Source: Mobula birostris (lineage: Eukaryota). Taken from it: a stretch of DNA of 64,000 nt. Positions 24,716-37,294 of the stretch are shown piece after piece. Position numbers and translations under genes: made by a program. The stretch spans positions 64,258,505-64,322,504 of the forward strand of contig NC_092381.1 of the NCBI RefSeq assembly GCF_030028105.1. Direction: 5' to 3'. Under the pieces are notes generated by a model. It was not told the origin of the DNA. It searched no databases and saw nothing but the letters and a program-made list of their open reading frames with translations. Position 1 is the stretch's first letter, and each line of letters starts with the position of its first letter.

Positions 24716-26615
24716 GCTGATTATTAGGTTGCTATTTTATTAGATGGTTTTCTCTGAAATAATTGTCAGTGAATAAATTACTTCTGAAGTAGAATCAGTG
24801 TTATTTTGTTTGACATGGTATCCTAGCAATTATGTTCGATTAGACACTCAATGTTTAGGAATTCAAATAGCTAGTTGCAAATGGCTCTGAAAAAAAATAT
24901 GGAAGTAGTCAGATCTCTTCAGACAGTTCTTAGTTCACTAATATTCTTCAAACAAAGGAACTTGCCATACAGTCTACTTGGAAACAAAGAACGTTTTTTT
25001 AAACGATTGTATTAACCAAGATATATGCACCAGTTTAAATGTCTGGTAATGCAGCTCTTAATTCTCCCTTGGCCTCTGTAAAACTGCAGTGTGCCTTCCA
25101 GTCATCAGGCACAGGAAGCAATTAGATAAAGTGCTCACATTGCTTCTGGCCAGGAAAGCCAAAATATAATAAAAAGTTTAAATGCAATTTAATGTAGTTC
25201 ATTATTGCAATATTACAAAGCATGATGAATGCCAGTTCATTTTCAGGTTATTGAATTATCTCTGGTAAATTAGATTAGGGTTTGCATTGGTAGAATCCAA
25301 AAGTCACTTTTTTTTATTTTTAGTGCACATTTACATATGTGTTCATTGAAGTTCCTTGGAACGGGAATATGTTTGAATTAGCATTTCTGAGGTATTGCCT
25401 ACAATATTCCAACCATTAAAGTGAATGATCCATTAAATGTAGACTCTGTTTTCCTGGGTTTCCAGTCTGTTGTGTTGTCCCCAGGCAAGACTTCCTATAG
25501 ACCTTTTAAATATTTCCTACAAATAAAAGAGTGGTCCAAACTAGGAGCAGAACACAAGTTCTCTGTCCTGCTTTGCACTTGTGTAATATTTTAATTCCTA
25601 GCCAAGTTTAAAATCTTTCTTAAATTGACTTTAATGAAACCAAATCATAATTCAGTGTGTTGAATAAAAGGGCAGTTTTATTTTGTTTTTGATTTATGTC
25701 TGCAGTCAGGACTAAGAATAGGTCCTGAGAAGTATTTTTACTGGCAAGAAAGGACTGATGTTTAAAGCAAGAACAGAAAGCATCAAACTTTAGAGCTGTC
25801 TCCATCACTAGAATGCACTTAAATTCCTCAAAGAGAAATTTATAATAGGTTTGGCAGATCTCCATAAAAAGGGCTCAAATCTGATGCCTGGATGGCAAAA
25901 TATACAGGCAGATGATGGATTACTGAAAGGGAAGTGAGCTCATTGCAGTACATAAAGTCTTAAATCTTATAGGCAGACTGAGTATGGAATATTACTTACT
26001 AAACACGGCAAATTTCAAGTGAAAACTATTTTTAAACTTATAAAAAAAAACTTTACTCTGAGGGTGATACATGATCGAGAAGGTGAGGAAGGAGGATTAA
26101 GATACTGTGTAGCAAGAATCTAACTCTGAGACACAAACTATTAGGAGGATCAAGAACTGCATGGTATTTTCACTGTCTCAATTATTCCAACTGTTTGCCC
26201 TGCTCCATTCTACTCACCATAAACTTTAAGTCATTGAAATGTTCGTAGTTTCTGTCATAACTGAAAATAAGTCCCCGGATTTACCATAATTCTTGTTTGC
26301 TAATCCATACAGGGCCTTACATAAGCCGTATCACAATTTTATATTTCTTATCCCTGCTTTCAAATCTTTCCATGGTCTCTCCAGCCTCATCTTTGTAATT
26401 TCATCAGCTCCGTAAGCCTCTGAGATTCCAACATATCTTAAATTCTAAACCCCTAGTCATTCCAGATATAATTGTTGCATATCTGATGGTCGTACCTTCA
26501 AATGCCAAAGCCCTTAAGTTCTGGATTTCCCTTCTTTGCCTCTCAAATGCTACCTTAATGTCTTTCATAACAACCTCTTGAAACGTGGGAGATACAGTAT
26601 TGCAATATTTTCTTA

Positions 26616-26828
26616 CGCAAACAACAGGACTTCTGCAGATGCTGGAAACTCAAGCAACACACATAAAAGTTGCTGGTGAACGCAGCAGGCCAGGCAGCAT
26701 CTCTAGGAAGAGGTGCAGTCGACGTTTCAGGCCGAGACCCTTCATCTGACGTCAACGTGAAACGTCGACTGCACCTCTTCCTAGAGATGCTGCCTGCCCT
26801 GCTGCGTTCACCAGCAACTTTTGTGTGC
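26616..26828. mobile_element. Penelope-derived palindromic short element (young subfamily)
   Basis: Near-perfect inverted arms; TSD TGCAATATTTTCTTA at 26601-26615 and 26829-26843; minus-strand hammerhead with core mutation CAGATGA. Confidence 0.88.
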
Positions 26829-28369
26829 TGCAATATTTTCTTATGAGTTTTACCTCAGTCCTGAAATTCAAAACTCAGATTCAAAAAGGGCACATCGTAA
26901 ATTTAAGTCCAAGTTTTAAAACTATTTTAATCAAAGATATACTAAAGATCTTTTCTGATTAATTGGCTTACATACACCCCTTTCAAAAAATAATTACAAC
27001 TGTGACTTCATGTACTGAGAGGCATAATATAAGTAAAATTTCACATGTAGATTTAGTGGGTTCTCAAAATTGCTGCAACAGATCAAAGAATCAGAACTCA
27101 GAACTGGTCATAATCATTGCCCCCCCCCAAAAAAAAAGACTAAGGCATATTTTAAATGCTTACCTTACACAAATTTTAAACTTTTGCAATAATAGCAAAT
27201 CACATTTATTAGCTTTATGCTTTCTTTGCAGAAGCTTTGATTATGTAAAGTACATACTGCCTGGATGAGAACATCAATTGCTCTCAATTATTAGTTACTC
27301 GGGCTATATCACACCATTGTGGAACTTGCCAACCACCAGCAGAAAACCTAAATTGCCCTCAAAATTATCTAATTGGAACCAGTCTTAATTTGTTTGTTCA
27401 GCAGTGACACTTTGCCCCCTGTACTGTTTGTAAAAAAATGTCCTTGAATCATACAGCTGTTAAAAAGCTGTTGAAGATTGTGCTGAGAGCAGTTTTTGCC
27501 CAGTGCTGAATATATGTTGACTAGCAAGCCTTCCCTTCCCGTCAAGATCTATTCTCTGCTCTAGTCAGTTTCAGAAAGTCACTTGCAGCATTCGCATTCT
27601 TCTCCTGGAGATAAGCTGCATAAATGAAATGGCCGATTTAGCCCTTTCTACTAAGACTGCTATTGATAAATCTTTCTGATTCTGCTACTTCTGTAGAGCT
27701 CAAGTGTGCAGCCCTGCCTGGCTGACAACAGAAACTGTTGTACATGAGTACAGTACCATCATCATATTAACTGTGATTACAGCATATTTTGTCTCACAGC
27801 ATTTCAGCCTGTGTTCACAGCACAAGACAGTCCCCATCAGTTGCATGGATTGCTACCAAATGAAATTCTTGTTTGTATGGGGAGTTCTGGAATGGACTAA
27901 TGACTGCTTTTATTTTCCAATTGGCTATTAATTACCCATTACTTTTCACAAGCCAAAAAACACTTGACATTTTATAACTACAAAATTTAACATCAAGAAC
28001 CATTCTTGGAAGGGCATGTGATCCAGAACAAAATCACAGCAGGAAATGGCTTGCTGAGCATTCTTTACTGGTGTGTATCATATGCCTAGTCCCAAGTGAG
28101 TAACATTTAAAAAGGAACAAAGGAAGAATAAGTCAGAAGTCAGGATCACTCAGAAAGAAAATTTTGAAAGTAATGTTTGCAGCTCCATCTCCATCAATTA
28201 TTCAGCATCTTTTCACAATGATCTGAGCATATTGTGTAACTGATACACACAGGCACATTAATCTAATAATCAAGCAGCTACTGCCTCTCAGGGGCTCATC
28301 CCTGGGCAGGCATACTTGGTCTAAGGTTTCTGCCACAGACATCAAAATCAGCATTAGAAGAATACTTAC

Positions 28370-28416
28370 CTTCTTGTCGAGGTAAACCACCTTTCTGATC
28401 AAGATGAGTATATGGA
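28370..28416 (-). CDS. Candidate 47-nt internal exon (PYTHLDQKGGLPRQE; phase 2 -> 1)
   Basis: Acceptor tttgtttgcctatgtgccttag|TCCA, donor GAAG|gtaagt; phase fits ATG TAC AA of the 37878 exon, giving MYNPYTHLDQKGGLPRQE. Confidence 0.65.
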
Positions 28417-29216
28417 CTAAGGCACATAGGCAAACAAATTCTATAGATCATCACTGCATAGAATGCATGAGGCATTTTTGCAAGATAGGAATTATTTCCT
28501 CTATGTGCACATTTTTGCAAAGCTTTTCCAGAAGCCTTTTACTTGAGTGTCCCCTTGGTAATGATGTCATTGATTACAGAAAGATATAAGAAATGCCATT
28601 GGGAGTTAGGAGGATCAGAAAAAGCAGTATCACTTTCTCCTGACTTAGTAAGTCTGTACTCACATCAATATCAGTTTTTTTCCATTTTTATCTCATGACT
28701 GAAGTGCTTCTGGAGTCATTAATAAATATCAATATTCCCCTTTATCCTCTTCAGACACCCTGCTCAGTAAAAGTTAAACTGACTACAATAATATTACTTT
28801 AATTCTGTTTATTGAGAATCTGCTTGCTTTTTTTATATTTTTCTACTAGTGTTTTTGCAGAACATGGGGATATAATCTATGCAAAGAACAATAAAGACCA
28901 ATAAGAAATGGCAGTATAATATATGTGAAGCAAAAACTGAGATACTGGAAAACTAAAGAAACTGAAAAATACACAGGCAGATACTCATCAGGTTAAGCAA
29001 AATCCAGGGAAGGATCAGACACATCAATGTTTCAGCAGGGATGGTTTTGCAAAACATGAAGATCACAATCTAAAGAAACATTCAAATTGTCTTTCCACGT
29101 AACCTACTAAGAGTTAACAGAAATTATATTTTTCTATTCTGCTAAAGGCAATACACATAATCATTCAAGTACATGTTTTACAATAAAATCCTCTTTAAAT
29201 GTGGCATACTTCAACA

Positions 29217-31262
29217 CAGCAGTCCTGAACCACTGGGCTACGGACTGGTACCGGACACAAAGCATGTGCTACCGGGCCGTGAGGAAACGATATGAGTCAG
29301 CTGCACCTTTCCTCATTCCCTGTCACACACTGTTGAACTTGAACATAGGGTTGCCAACTGTCCTGTATTTGCCAGGACATCCCGTATATTGGGCTAAATT
29401 GATTTGTCCCATACAGGACCACCCTTGTCCAGTATTTCCGCTGCTAAGGTACAGCTTTCCTATGAAACTATTCGTGCGGAAATGGCGTAAAGCGAAGAAG
29501 CAATTACCATTAATTTATATGGGAAACATTTTTGAGCATTCCCAGACCCAAAAAATAACCTACCAAATCATACCAAATAACACATAAAACCTAAAATAAC
29601 ACTAACATATACCAAACCCGATTTCCAGAAAAGTTGAGATATTTTCCAAAATGCAATAAAAACAAAAACCTGTGATATGTTAATTCACATGAATCTTTAT
29701 TTAACTGACAAAAGTACAAAGAAAAGATTTTTAGTAGTTTTACTGACCAACTTAATTGTATTTTGTAAACATACACAAATTTAGAATTTGATGGCTGCAA
29801 CACACTCAACAAAAGTTGGGACAGAGGCATGTTTACCATTGTGTTACATCACCTTTCCTTTTAATAACACATTTTAATCGTTTTGGAACTGAGGATACTA
29901 ATTGTAGATTTGCAATTGGAAATTTTGTCCATTCTTGCTTGATATAAGACTTCAGCTGCTTAACGGTCCGTGGTCTCTGTTGTCTGAGTCTCCTCTTCAT
30001 GATGCGCCATACACTTTCAATAGGAGATAGATCTGGACTGGCAGCAGGCCAGTCAAGCACACACACTCTGTGTCTACAAAGCCACGCTGTTGTAGCCCGT
30101 GAAGAATGTGGTCTGGCATTGTCCTGCTGAAATAAGCATGGACGTCCCAGGAAGAGACGTCGCCTTGATGGCAACATATGTCTCTCTAAAATCCTAATAT
30201 ACGCCTCAGAGTCAATGGTACCTTCACATACATGCAATTCACCCATGCCGTGCGCACTGATGCACCCCCATACCATCACAGATGCTGGCTTTTGCACCTT
30301 TCGCTGATAACAATCTGGATTGTTGTTTTCATCTTTGGCACAGAGAACTCAACGCCCGTTTTTTCCAAAAACAAGCTGAAATGTGGACTCATCTGACCAC
30401 AGCACACGGTTGCACAGTCTTTCAGTCCATCTGAGATGAGCTCGGGCCCAGAGAACTCGCCAGCGTTTCTGCATAGAGTTGATGTATGGCTTCCTCCTTG
30501 TGTAATACAGTTTCAAGTTGCATTTCTGGATGCAGCGACGGACTGTGTTGAGTGACAATGGTTTTCCGAAGTACTCCCGAGCCCAGGTGGCTATAATTGT
30601 CACATTAGCATGACTTTTCTGTGCACTTTTCAATTTTATTTTAACTCTGTCCCAACTTTTGTTGAGTGTGTTTTAGCCATCAGATTCTAAATTTGTGTAT
30701 ATTTACAAAATACAATTAAGTTGGTCAGTAAAACTATTGAAAATCTTTTCTTTGTACTTTTGTCAGTTAAATAAAGGTTCACGTGAATTAACATATCACA
30801 GATTTTTGTTTTTATGGCATTTTGGAAAATATCCCAACTTTTCTGGCAATGGGGTTTGTAGTAAAAGCAGGAATGATATGATAAAGACACAGCCTATATA
30901 AAGCAGAAATAATGTATGTACAGTGTAGTCCGGAAGATTAAGCCAAAACCGATTTGTGGGGAAAAAAAAAATCGGCACGTATGCGCCTGCACATGTCACA
31001 TACGCGCACGTCACGCATGAGCACACAGGTGCCCGCGCAAGGCTTCATGGTCATGGTAGTCTTTCTCAGGGTAAACACAAGTGTCCCGTATTTGACTGCT
31101 ACTTTTGTCCCTTATTTGGCAGTGAGAAAGTTGGCAACTCTAACTGTAAAAGATATGTTGAGCTGAGTTTAACACTACTTGCACACCAGCCCCCACCCAC
31201 CGGTCAGTCCGCAAGAATACTGTCAATATTAAACCGGTCCGCGGTGCTAAAAAAGGCCCCTG
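29217..31262 (+). mobile_element. Composite hAT non-autonomous element containing a Harbinger-like TIR pair and a nested Tc1
   Basis: Ends shared with the 14955 element; internal AGGGTTGCCAAC (29347) / GTTGGCAACTCT (31130-31141); possible TSD CTTCAACA/GTTTAACA. Confidence 0.8.
29612..30858 (-). mobile_element. Internally deleted copy of the 5222-6780 Tc1 family
   Basis: Same TIRs and TA TSD; transposase pieces at 29833-30297 and 30349-30633; N-terminal DNA-binding region deleted at ~30615. Confidence 0.95.
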
Positions 31263-31278
31263 GTTTAACATTCCTTTG

Positions 31279-33206
31279 CAGTGAATTCTGGTTAATTGGG
31301 CTATCAAGTAATCAAAGCAGCTGGCTATTTGAGAGAACTCTTAAAGATCAAAAACAAATTGCAAAAATAGCCAGGATTCCCTTCTTTTATTTGGGAAATA
31401 TGCCGCTTAATTGGGGCAGGAGATGGTCAGTCACATGCACTTGTGTGGTTGTTAGACACTGCACCGAGCTTAGAGCGAACAGTCGTGTTTGCTTGTGTTA
31501 CATTAGCTATTTGGGCCAATGAACGCCGATTCAAAAAGCAGTGATTTTTGACATCTATTTTATTTTGACATCAAAAAAAAATTTTTGAGACTCTTGCCGA
31601 GGTGCCATGAAAAGATTTGACACTAGCTGAAAAAATAACCTGACTGGACCAAATTAAAAGTTATTCGCCATCATCAGCTAGAAAATATAACTGGAGTGCC
31701 GAAATCTACAATTGCAAGCTTGATACATCAGCAAGATAAACTGCAAGAAGAATGCACATTATGAGAGGGACAACAGGGAACATCCCAAAAATTAAAATGT
31801 AAAGTTAAGGGGGTCCACATGTTGAAGAGGCTCTCAATCAATAGCTTTCCATTGTAACTGGACAAGGTGTGCATGTCAATGGACCAATGTTAAAAAAAAA
31901 CAAACAAGAATAGCTAGCTAAGAAGCTGGGTCACAAAGATTTTAAAGCAACAGATGGCTGGTTTTCTCAATAGGCATCATATTAAATTCAAGAAAGCACA
32001 TACTGAGAAAGGTAGTGCTGATGTTGTAAGTACAAAAACACAGAGATCTACAAACTCCCCAACTTGTTTCAAAAATTTTGTGCAGATGATATTCACAATG
32101 TCAATGAAATAGGCCTTTTTTAAAAATCACACTGTACTAAATTGTTCCCTTTGCTACAAACATGTAACACTATCGGGTTCAAAGAAAGCAACTGATCACA
32201 TAACTGTGCTGTGTTGTTCAAATACATCAGGAACTGATGAAAGGAAATTGTTGTTTTTGGGAAAAGCGTTAAACCTTGATGCTCTAAGGGGAGAAGAATG
32301 GATAGTTTATCAATCGAGTATTATGCTAATAAAACGCATGGAAGACTTCTGAAATCTTTAAGAAGTGGCTGATTGATGAATTCAGATATGGAGCTACAGC
32401 AGAAACCAAGCAAAGTTCTTCTGCTTGCTGACAATTGTGCAGCACACCCCAATGTAGAGTGTTTGAGGAACGCACAGATGGAATTTCTGCATGCCAATAC
32501 AATATCCTTGGTGCAGCCAATGGATATGGGAATCATTAAAAAGAAAGACATTGTATCATGGAAATTTGGTGTACCACATTCTCAAAGCAACAAAGAAAAT
32601 CTACTTGCATCTTCTTCAACAGCTGAATAACTGAGTGCAAGGGTTAACCTTTCACAGTCAGTGGTAGCTGGTGAGAAATAAGCAGCAAGACAATTCAGGA
32701 CCATTTTGCACACCACAGTTTCAAGCATTCAAGCTTGGGTTTCCCGAAATGGTCAGGAGCAAAAATGAAACAATTTTACCACTTAAACAAGTTAGGAACT
32801 ACAAAGAATTTGAAGGTATCCACAATCATCTTGAATGCTACAATGAAAATTAAGATTTGGAGGATACAATCGTCAAAAGCATTTTATGAAGGCTGTCTAT
32901 TATCTGCACTAGGTATCTGCACTGATTTTGTTCATTTAGAGTCAATCAAAAGAACACAGCAGTGTACACTCAAATTTCTCTGATGGTAGCCATTAGGAAG
33001 AATTACACAGTTTTATAGTATTGTAGTGGTGTAATTTGTTCTGTATTTCATTTAAATACATATTTGCTACTCAGTTAAACAGTAGTTTGTCTTTTTTTAA
33101 TATACCTTTTTTTAACTATTTCCATGAAACTTCAGCTAATTGGGTAGCTGCTTAATTGGGCCAAAACATACTGATCCCAATGTGTCCCTATTAATCAGAT
33201 CCACTG
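31279..33206 (+). mobile_element. Tigger/pogo-like DNA transposon with decayed transposase
   Basis: TIRs CAGTGAATTCTGGTTAATTGGG / CCCTATTAATCAGATCCACTG+TA; CENP-B HTH remnant, FKATDGW, LLLADNCAAHPN...LVQPMDMGII. Confidence 0.88.
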
Positions 33207-33283
33207 TATTTGCTAATTTTAACAAACAAAATGAGGTATAAAGTGGTGAAAAATCTGTGGTAAAAACTCCTCCAGAGTTTAAA

Positions 33284-33678
33284 AACACAAAAGATTCTGA
33301 AAATGCTGGAAACCCAGAGTAACTCACACAAAATGCTGGAGGATGTTTGCACAACACTATTACAGCTTGGGGTATTGGAGTTCAGAGTACAATGCTGGCA
33401 GCTGACTTTAAGGATTTTGTACCTTCTCCCCATGACAACATGAGTTTCCTCCATGTGCTCCAGTTTCCTCCCACAGTCTAAAGACTAACAGTTAGTATAT
33501 TAATTGGGCATTGTAAATTGTCTTGTGATTAAGCTAGGGTTAAATATGTGAGTTACGGGGTGGTGTGGCTTGAAGGCCTGTTCTGCACTGTATCTCTAAA
33601 TAAAACTCAGTCGATTACACAGCATCTTTAGAAATGAAAACAGTTGATGTTTTGGGCCAAGACCATTCATCAAGACAG
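33284..33678 (-). mobile_element. Penelope-derived arm interrupted by a V-SINE
   Basis: ACACAAAATGCTGGAGGA at ~33328 resumes as AACTCAG...GATGTTTTGGGCCAAGACCATTCATCAAGAC after the SINE. Confidence 0.7.
33346..33603 (+). mobile_element. V-SINE (HE1-like)
   Basis: Homologous to 12320-12595; V-domain GTGCTCCAGTTTCCTCCCACAGTC. Confidence 0.8.
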
Positions 33679-34217
33679 ACTTTCTTAATAGAGGGGTATA
33701 AAATTTTCATCAATCAATAATCAAATACAGATTACTGACAAATACCCTGTAGATGAGGTAACATCTGACGATAGGGTAACAAAAATAAGATTTCAGGTCA
33801 ACAACCTTTTATCAAAATGTTACTGAATCTCAAAGTTTATCTTTTTTATATGAAAAGATTTGAGATATTTCTGAGATGCAATATGAAGTTCACTAAATGA
33901 ATTAAGAACAAGAGCAGTTTTCTGCAACTGCATAATTAAACCCAAAGAGTCAGTCAAGATTATGCTTAGTGTAAACAAAATTTATAGAAAGAATTATTTT
34001 TCCAGGTATCATCAGTAAGTCAGCAGCATCAGAACTGAATAGTACTTAAGGCATTTTTGACTGACAGTATGGACTTGGGTCTATTGAAGAGAATATGCCA
34101 GCAACTTGGGTGATAGTATATTGAATGTACAGAGGGGGGAAGAAAAAGAGGGTCCATGAGCTGCAAGAGCAACAAAAGTGCTGATGAGAACATTATGATA
34201 AACTGTGAAGGTATGAT

Positions 34218-35320
34218 GTGGATTATGTGATAAAAACACCAAATCAAAGTAGACCAACACAGCTTTGTCATATAAGTATGATAAAACCATATTATGAGAA
34301 ACAGTCTGCTACTATGACTGTTGTGGTCAATAATAATGAGTCTGATCCCACTAGGAACTTAATGGATGATTCATCTGAAACTCATTTTAAACCCAACATT
34401 ATTTCTGCCAGGCTACCAAACTCAACAATTCTGGAAAATATTGAAGAGAAATTAGCTCATTCGCAGCCAGAGCAGAGGCAGCAGATGAAGCAGTTAATTT
34501 TTAAATATAGGGATTTATTTCCAGAGGTTTCTAAAAGAACCACAGTGGCTTCACATGATGTAGATGTTAGAGATACCAAACCCATAAAGCAACATCCATA
34601 TCGGATGAACATGGAAAAATGTGAACCTGCTGAACAAGAAATTAAGTATATTTTAGAGAATAATATTATTAGACCTTCTAATTCAAATTGGAGTTCACCG
34701 TGTGTTATGGAGTCTAAGCCAGACAGTAGTATTTGGTTTTGTACAGATTACAGGAAGGTGAATGCTGTAACAAAAACTGATGCATATCCAATCCCTAGAG
34801 TGGATCATTGTGTGGATAAAGTGGGAAAAGCAAAGTTCCTTACAAAGATTGATTTGTTAAAAGGTTATTGGTGTGTTCCATTGACAGATAGCGGTAGAGA
34901 GATTTCTGCATTTGTAATCCCATCTGGGTTATATGAATATAATGTTCTTCCTTTTGGGATGAAGAATGTACCAGGTACTTTCCAGCAGATGATGAATTCT
35001 GTGATTCATGGGTTAAGAGATACAGATGCCTATATTGATTATTTAGTTACAGGAAATGATACTTGGGAAGCACATATTACTGCAGTGGCAAAGCTATTGG
35101 AAAGGCTTTCAAAAGCTAACTTAACTATTAACTTAGCTAAAAGTGAATTTGGTCATGCCACTGTGACTTACCTTGGTTATGTTGTTGGTCCGGGCTTGGT
35201 TAAGGAAAATGGTTATGGAAATAAATCAAACTCCAATTCAGCAACAAAGTTTGATGTTACAGGAGTATAATATTTTGATAACTCATATTAAAGGTAAAGA
35301 TAATGTGATTGCTGACTGTA
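34218..35320 (+). pseudogene. Gmr1-like Gypsy pol remnant: integrase C-terminus, then RT, then truncated RNase H
   Basis: DYVIKTP...QLCHISMIKPY (IN tail) precedes PIKQHPYR, WSSPCV, FCTDYRKVN, LPFGMKN and AYIDY (YIDD mutated); LQEYN..ITHIKGKDNVIADC RNase H end at ~35255-35320. Confidence 0.9.
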
Positions 35321-35364
35321 CATTCAACATCTAGATAGACAATGTAATTTTTTTTAATGGAGTG

Positions 35365-36341
35365 TGTGACTATATCCTGAGTTATTCATTATGGACTGTG
35401 CTTTTAAAAAGAGAGAGAGAGCATGCAGCTGTACAGCACAAACAACGAGGGAGAGGGACAGGGAGAGACGGAGACTGCTCACAGTTTGTTTGGGATTTCT
35501 GCAAGGACACNNNNNNNNNNNNNNNNNNNNNNNNNNNNNNNNNNNNNNNNNNNNNNNNNNNNNNNNNNNNNNNNNNNNNNNNNNNNNNNNNNNNNNNNNN
35601 NNNNNNNNNNNNNNNNNNNNNNNNNNNNNNNNNNNNNNNNNNNNNNNNNNNNNNNNNNNNNNNNNNNNNNNNNNNNNNNNNNNNNNNNNNNNNNNNNNNN
35701 NNNNNNNNNNNNNNNNNNNNNNNNNNCAGCTGGTGTTCAGCACAACAGTATCTAAACCAGGGTAATTGCTTGTTTCACAGGACACGCAGACGCACTAAGG
35801 TGTGGTGAAGTTACCACTATTGTTCAGGTGCCCACAATTATGGGACTGAGGATCGATTGTGAGGGATCGATCTGTGATTATTAGTGCGTGAAAGAGCGAC
35901 CCTGTGGAGTCTACCCGTGTGTCTAACCTTTGCCTGGGTTGGTGGACTATCACTTGAAGATGGTGCTCTTAAGTTGGTCAAGTTTGGCTAACTTGGAAGT
36001 TTCAGAGGACAACCGGAATAGTCGACGGCATCAGCTTACTTGGACAACTACAACACCTCTCTCTCTCCATCACTACTCAACTCAATACCACAAACTGAAC
36101 TGATTTCATTTATCCATCTTCGTGAGACTGTATCCATTTAACCCCCTAGGCTTGAAGAAGCTTGGTTTTTATATTTCCACACTTATATATGCATGAACTT
36201 TGCTAACCTGTTTGGTTTATCTGATTTTATATTACTGTATTGCGTAGTTACTAATAAATGAGCACTAGTTAACAGCAATACCAGACTCCAAGGTGTTTTC
36301 CATTTCTGCTGGTTCTTTAACCCATCATGGGGTACGTGACA
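35365..36341 (+). mobile_element. LTR inserted in the Gmr1-like 3' region, spanning the N gap
   Basis: TG...CA termini (TGTGAC...GTGACA), 4-bp TSD AGTG at 35361-35364 and 36342-36345, AATAAA at ~36253. Confidence 0.65.
35511..35726. other. Assembly gap (216 N)
   Basis: Run of N. Confidence 1.
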
Positions 36342-36515
36342 AGTGGTATTTTAACATTTGTAACACTCCTACTGTATATTAGCTTGCAAAGTGCTGTATG
36401 ATAATACTGCGTACATTGTGTATGTTGTAGATTTTATACACTTGTATTTTTTTGTAAATAGTTGTTAAAATTTTGCTCATAAAAGACCAAAATTTTCCTT
36501 TTTTTTAGAGGGAGG

Positions 36516-37294
36516 TGTTAAATACCTCATGGGTCTCTTGTGACTGTCTTATGACCATGATGTAATTGAGTATCTTGTGAGCATGATGTAATGGCCTTGT
36601 GATGTGGGGTGGTGTAATTTTCCCGCTAGTGTGAGGTCACGTGATGACGTTCTCACAGGTATATAACGGTAAATTCCTGTAGTTACGCAGTTGATTCGTT
36701 GTTTAATTCGTCAGTTACTCCGTTATGCCGCATATTCGTCTCAAGACGCAGTTTCATTTTAAAGTGGAGTTTTATTTTCTATTGTAAGTCTAGTATTGGA
36801 GAGTGAAGACCTTACTAAAGTACGGGAACCTGAAGGATTGAGTAAAGTTGGTGTCGTTCGGCGGTTTAATGAAGGATCGACCTTATTGAATCTTCATTCA
36901 GGAATAGTGGCCTGCATCTGAGATAACCCCTGTAAGATCAGAAAGGTTTGTGCAGTGTTCATTCGCCAGTTCCTTTAAGCCGTTTTATTTCCTTCGTCGT
37001 GAATCCTTTGGACAGAATCAGCAGTAACGTCACGTCTTTGAAGAAAACCATTTCCAGAGAAGTCTCTCCTTATTGACTGTGTAAATCCACTTGGACTTTC
37101 GAATTTACCATTTCAAGACTGTGTTCAAATTTACCACTTTTAAGAACTGTTCCAGAGTTGCCGTAGCAGTTAACTTCCAGTTAAGTTAGTAATTTGAATA
37201 CTTTTCGCTATTGTTGAGCAGAGTTTAATAAATGTTCACGTTTGTTTTTAAAACCTGACTCAATTCTATATTCATTGTTGCTGGTCATGTGGCA
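36516..37294 (+). mobile_element. 3' LTR of the Gmr1-like element
   Basis: Preceded by polypurine tract AGAGGGAGG; starts TGTTAAA, ends ...TGTGGCA; TATA-like box at ~36660, AATAAA at ~37227. Confidence 0.7.

Noticed and set aside
26616-26828. Pre-miRNA-like or DNA-MITE hairpin
   Set aside because: Multi-copy, with long variable TSDs and a hammerhead arm; better explained as Penelope-derived
30956-31522. 188-aa ORF
   Set aside because: Spans the non-coding ends of two different transposons (hAT and Tigger)
35354-35808. Four ORFs of 110-148 aa
   Set aside because: They read through the N gap
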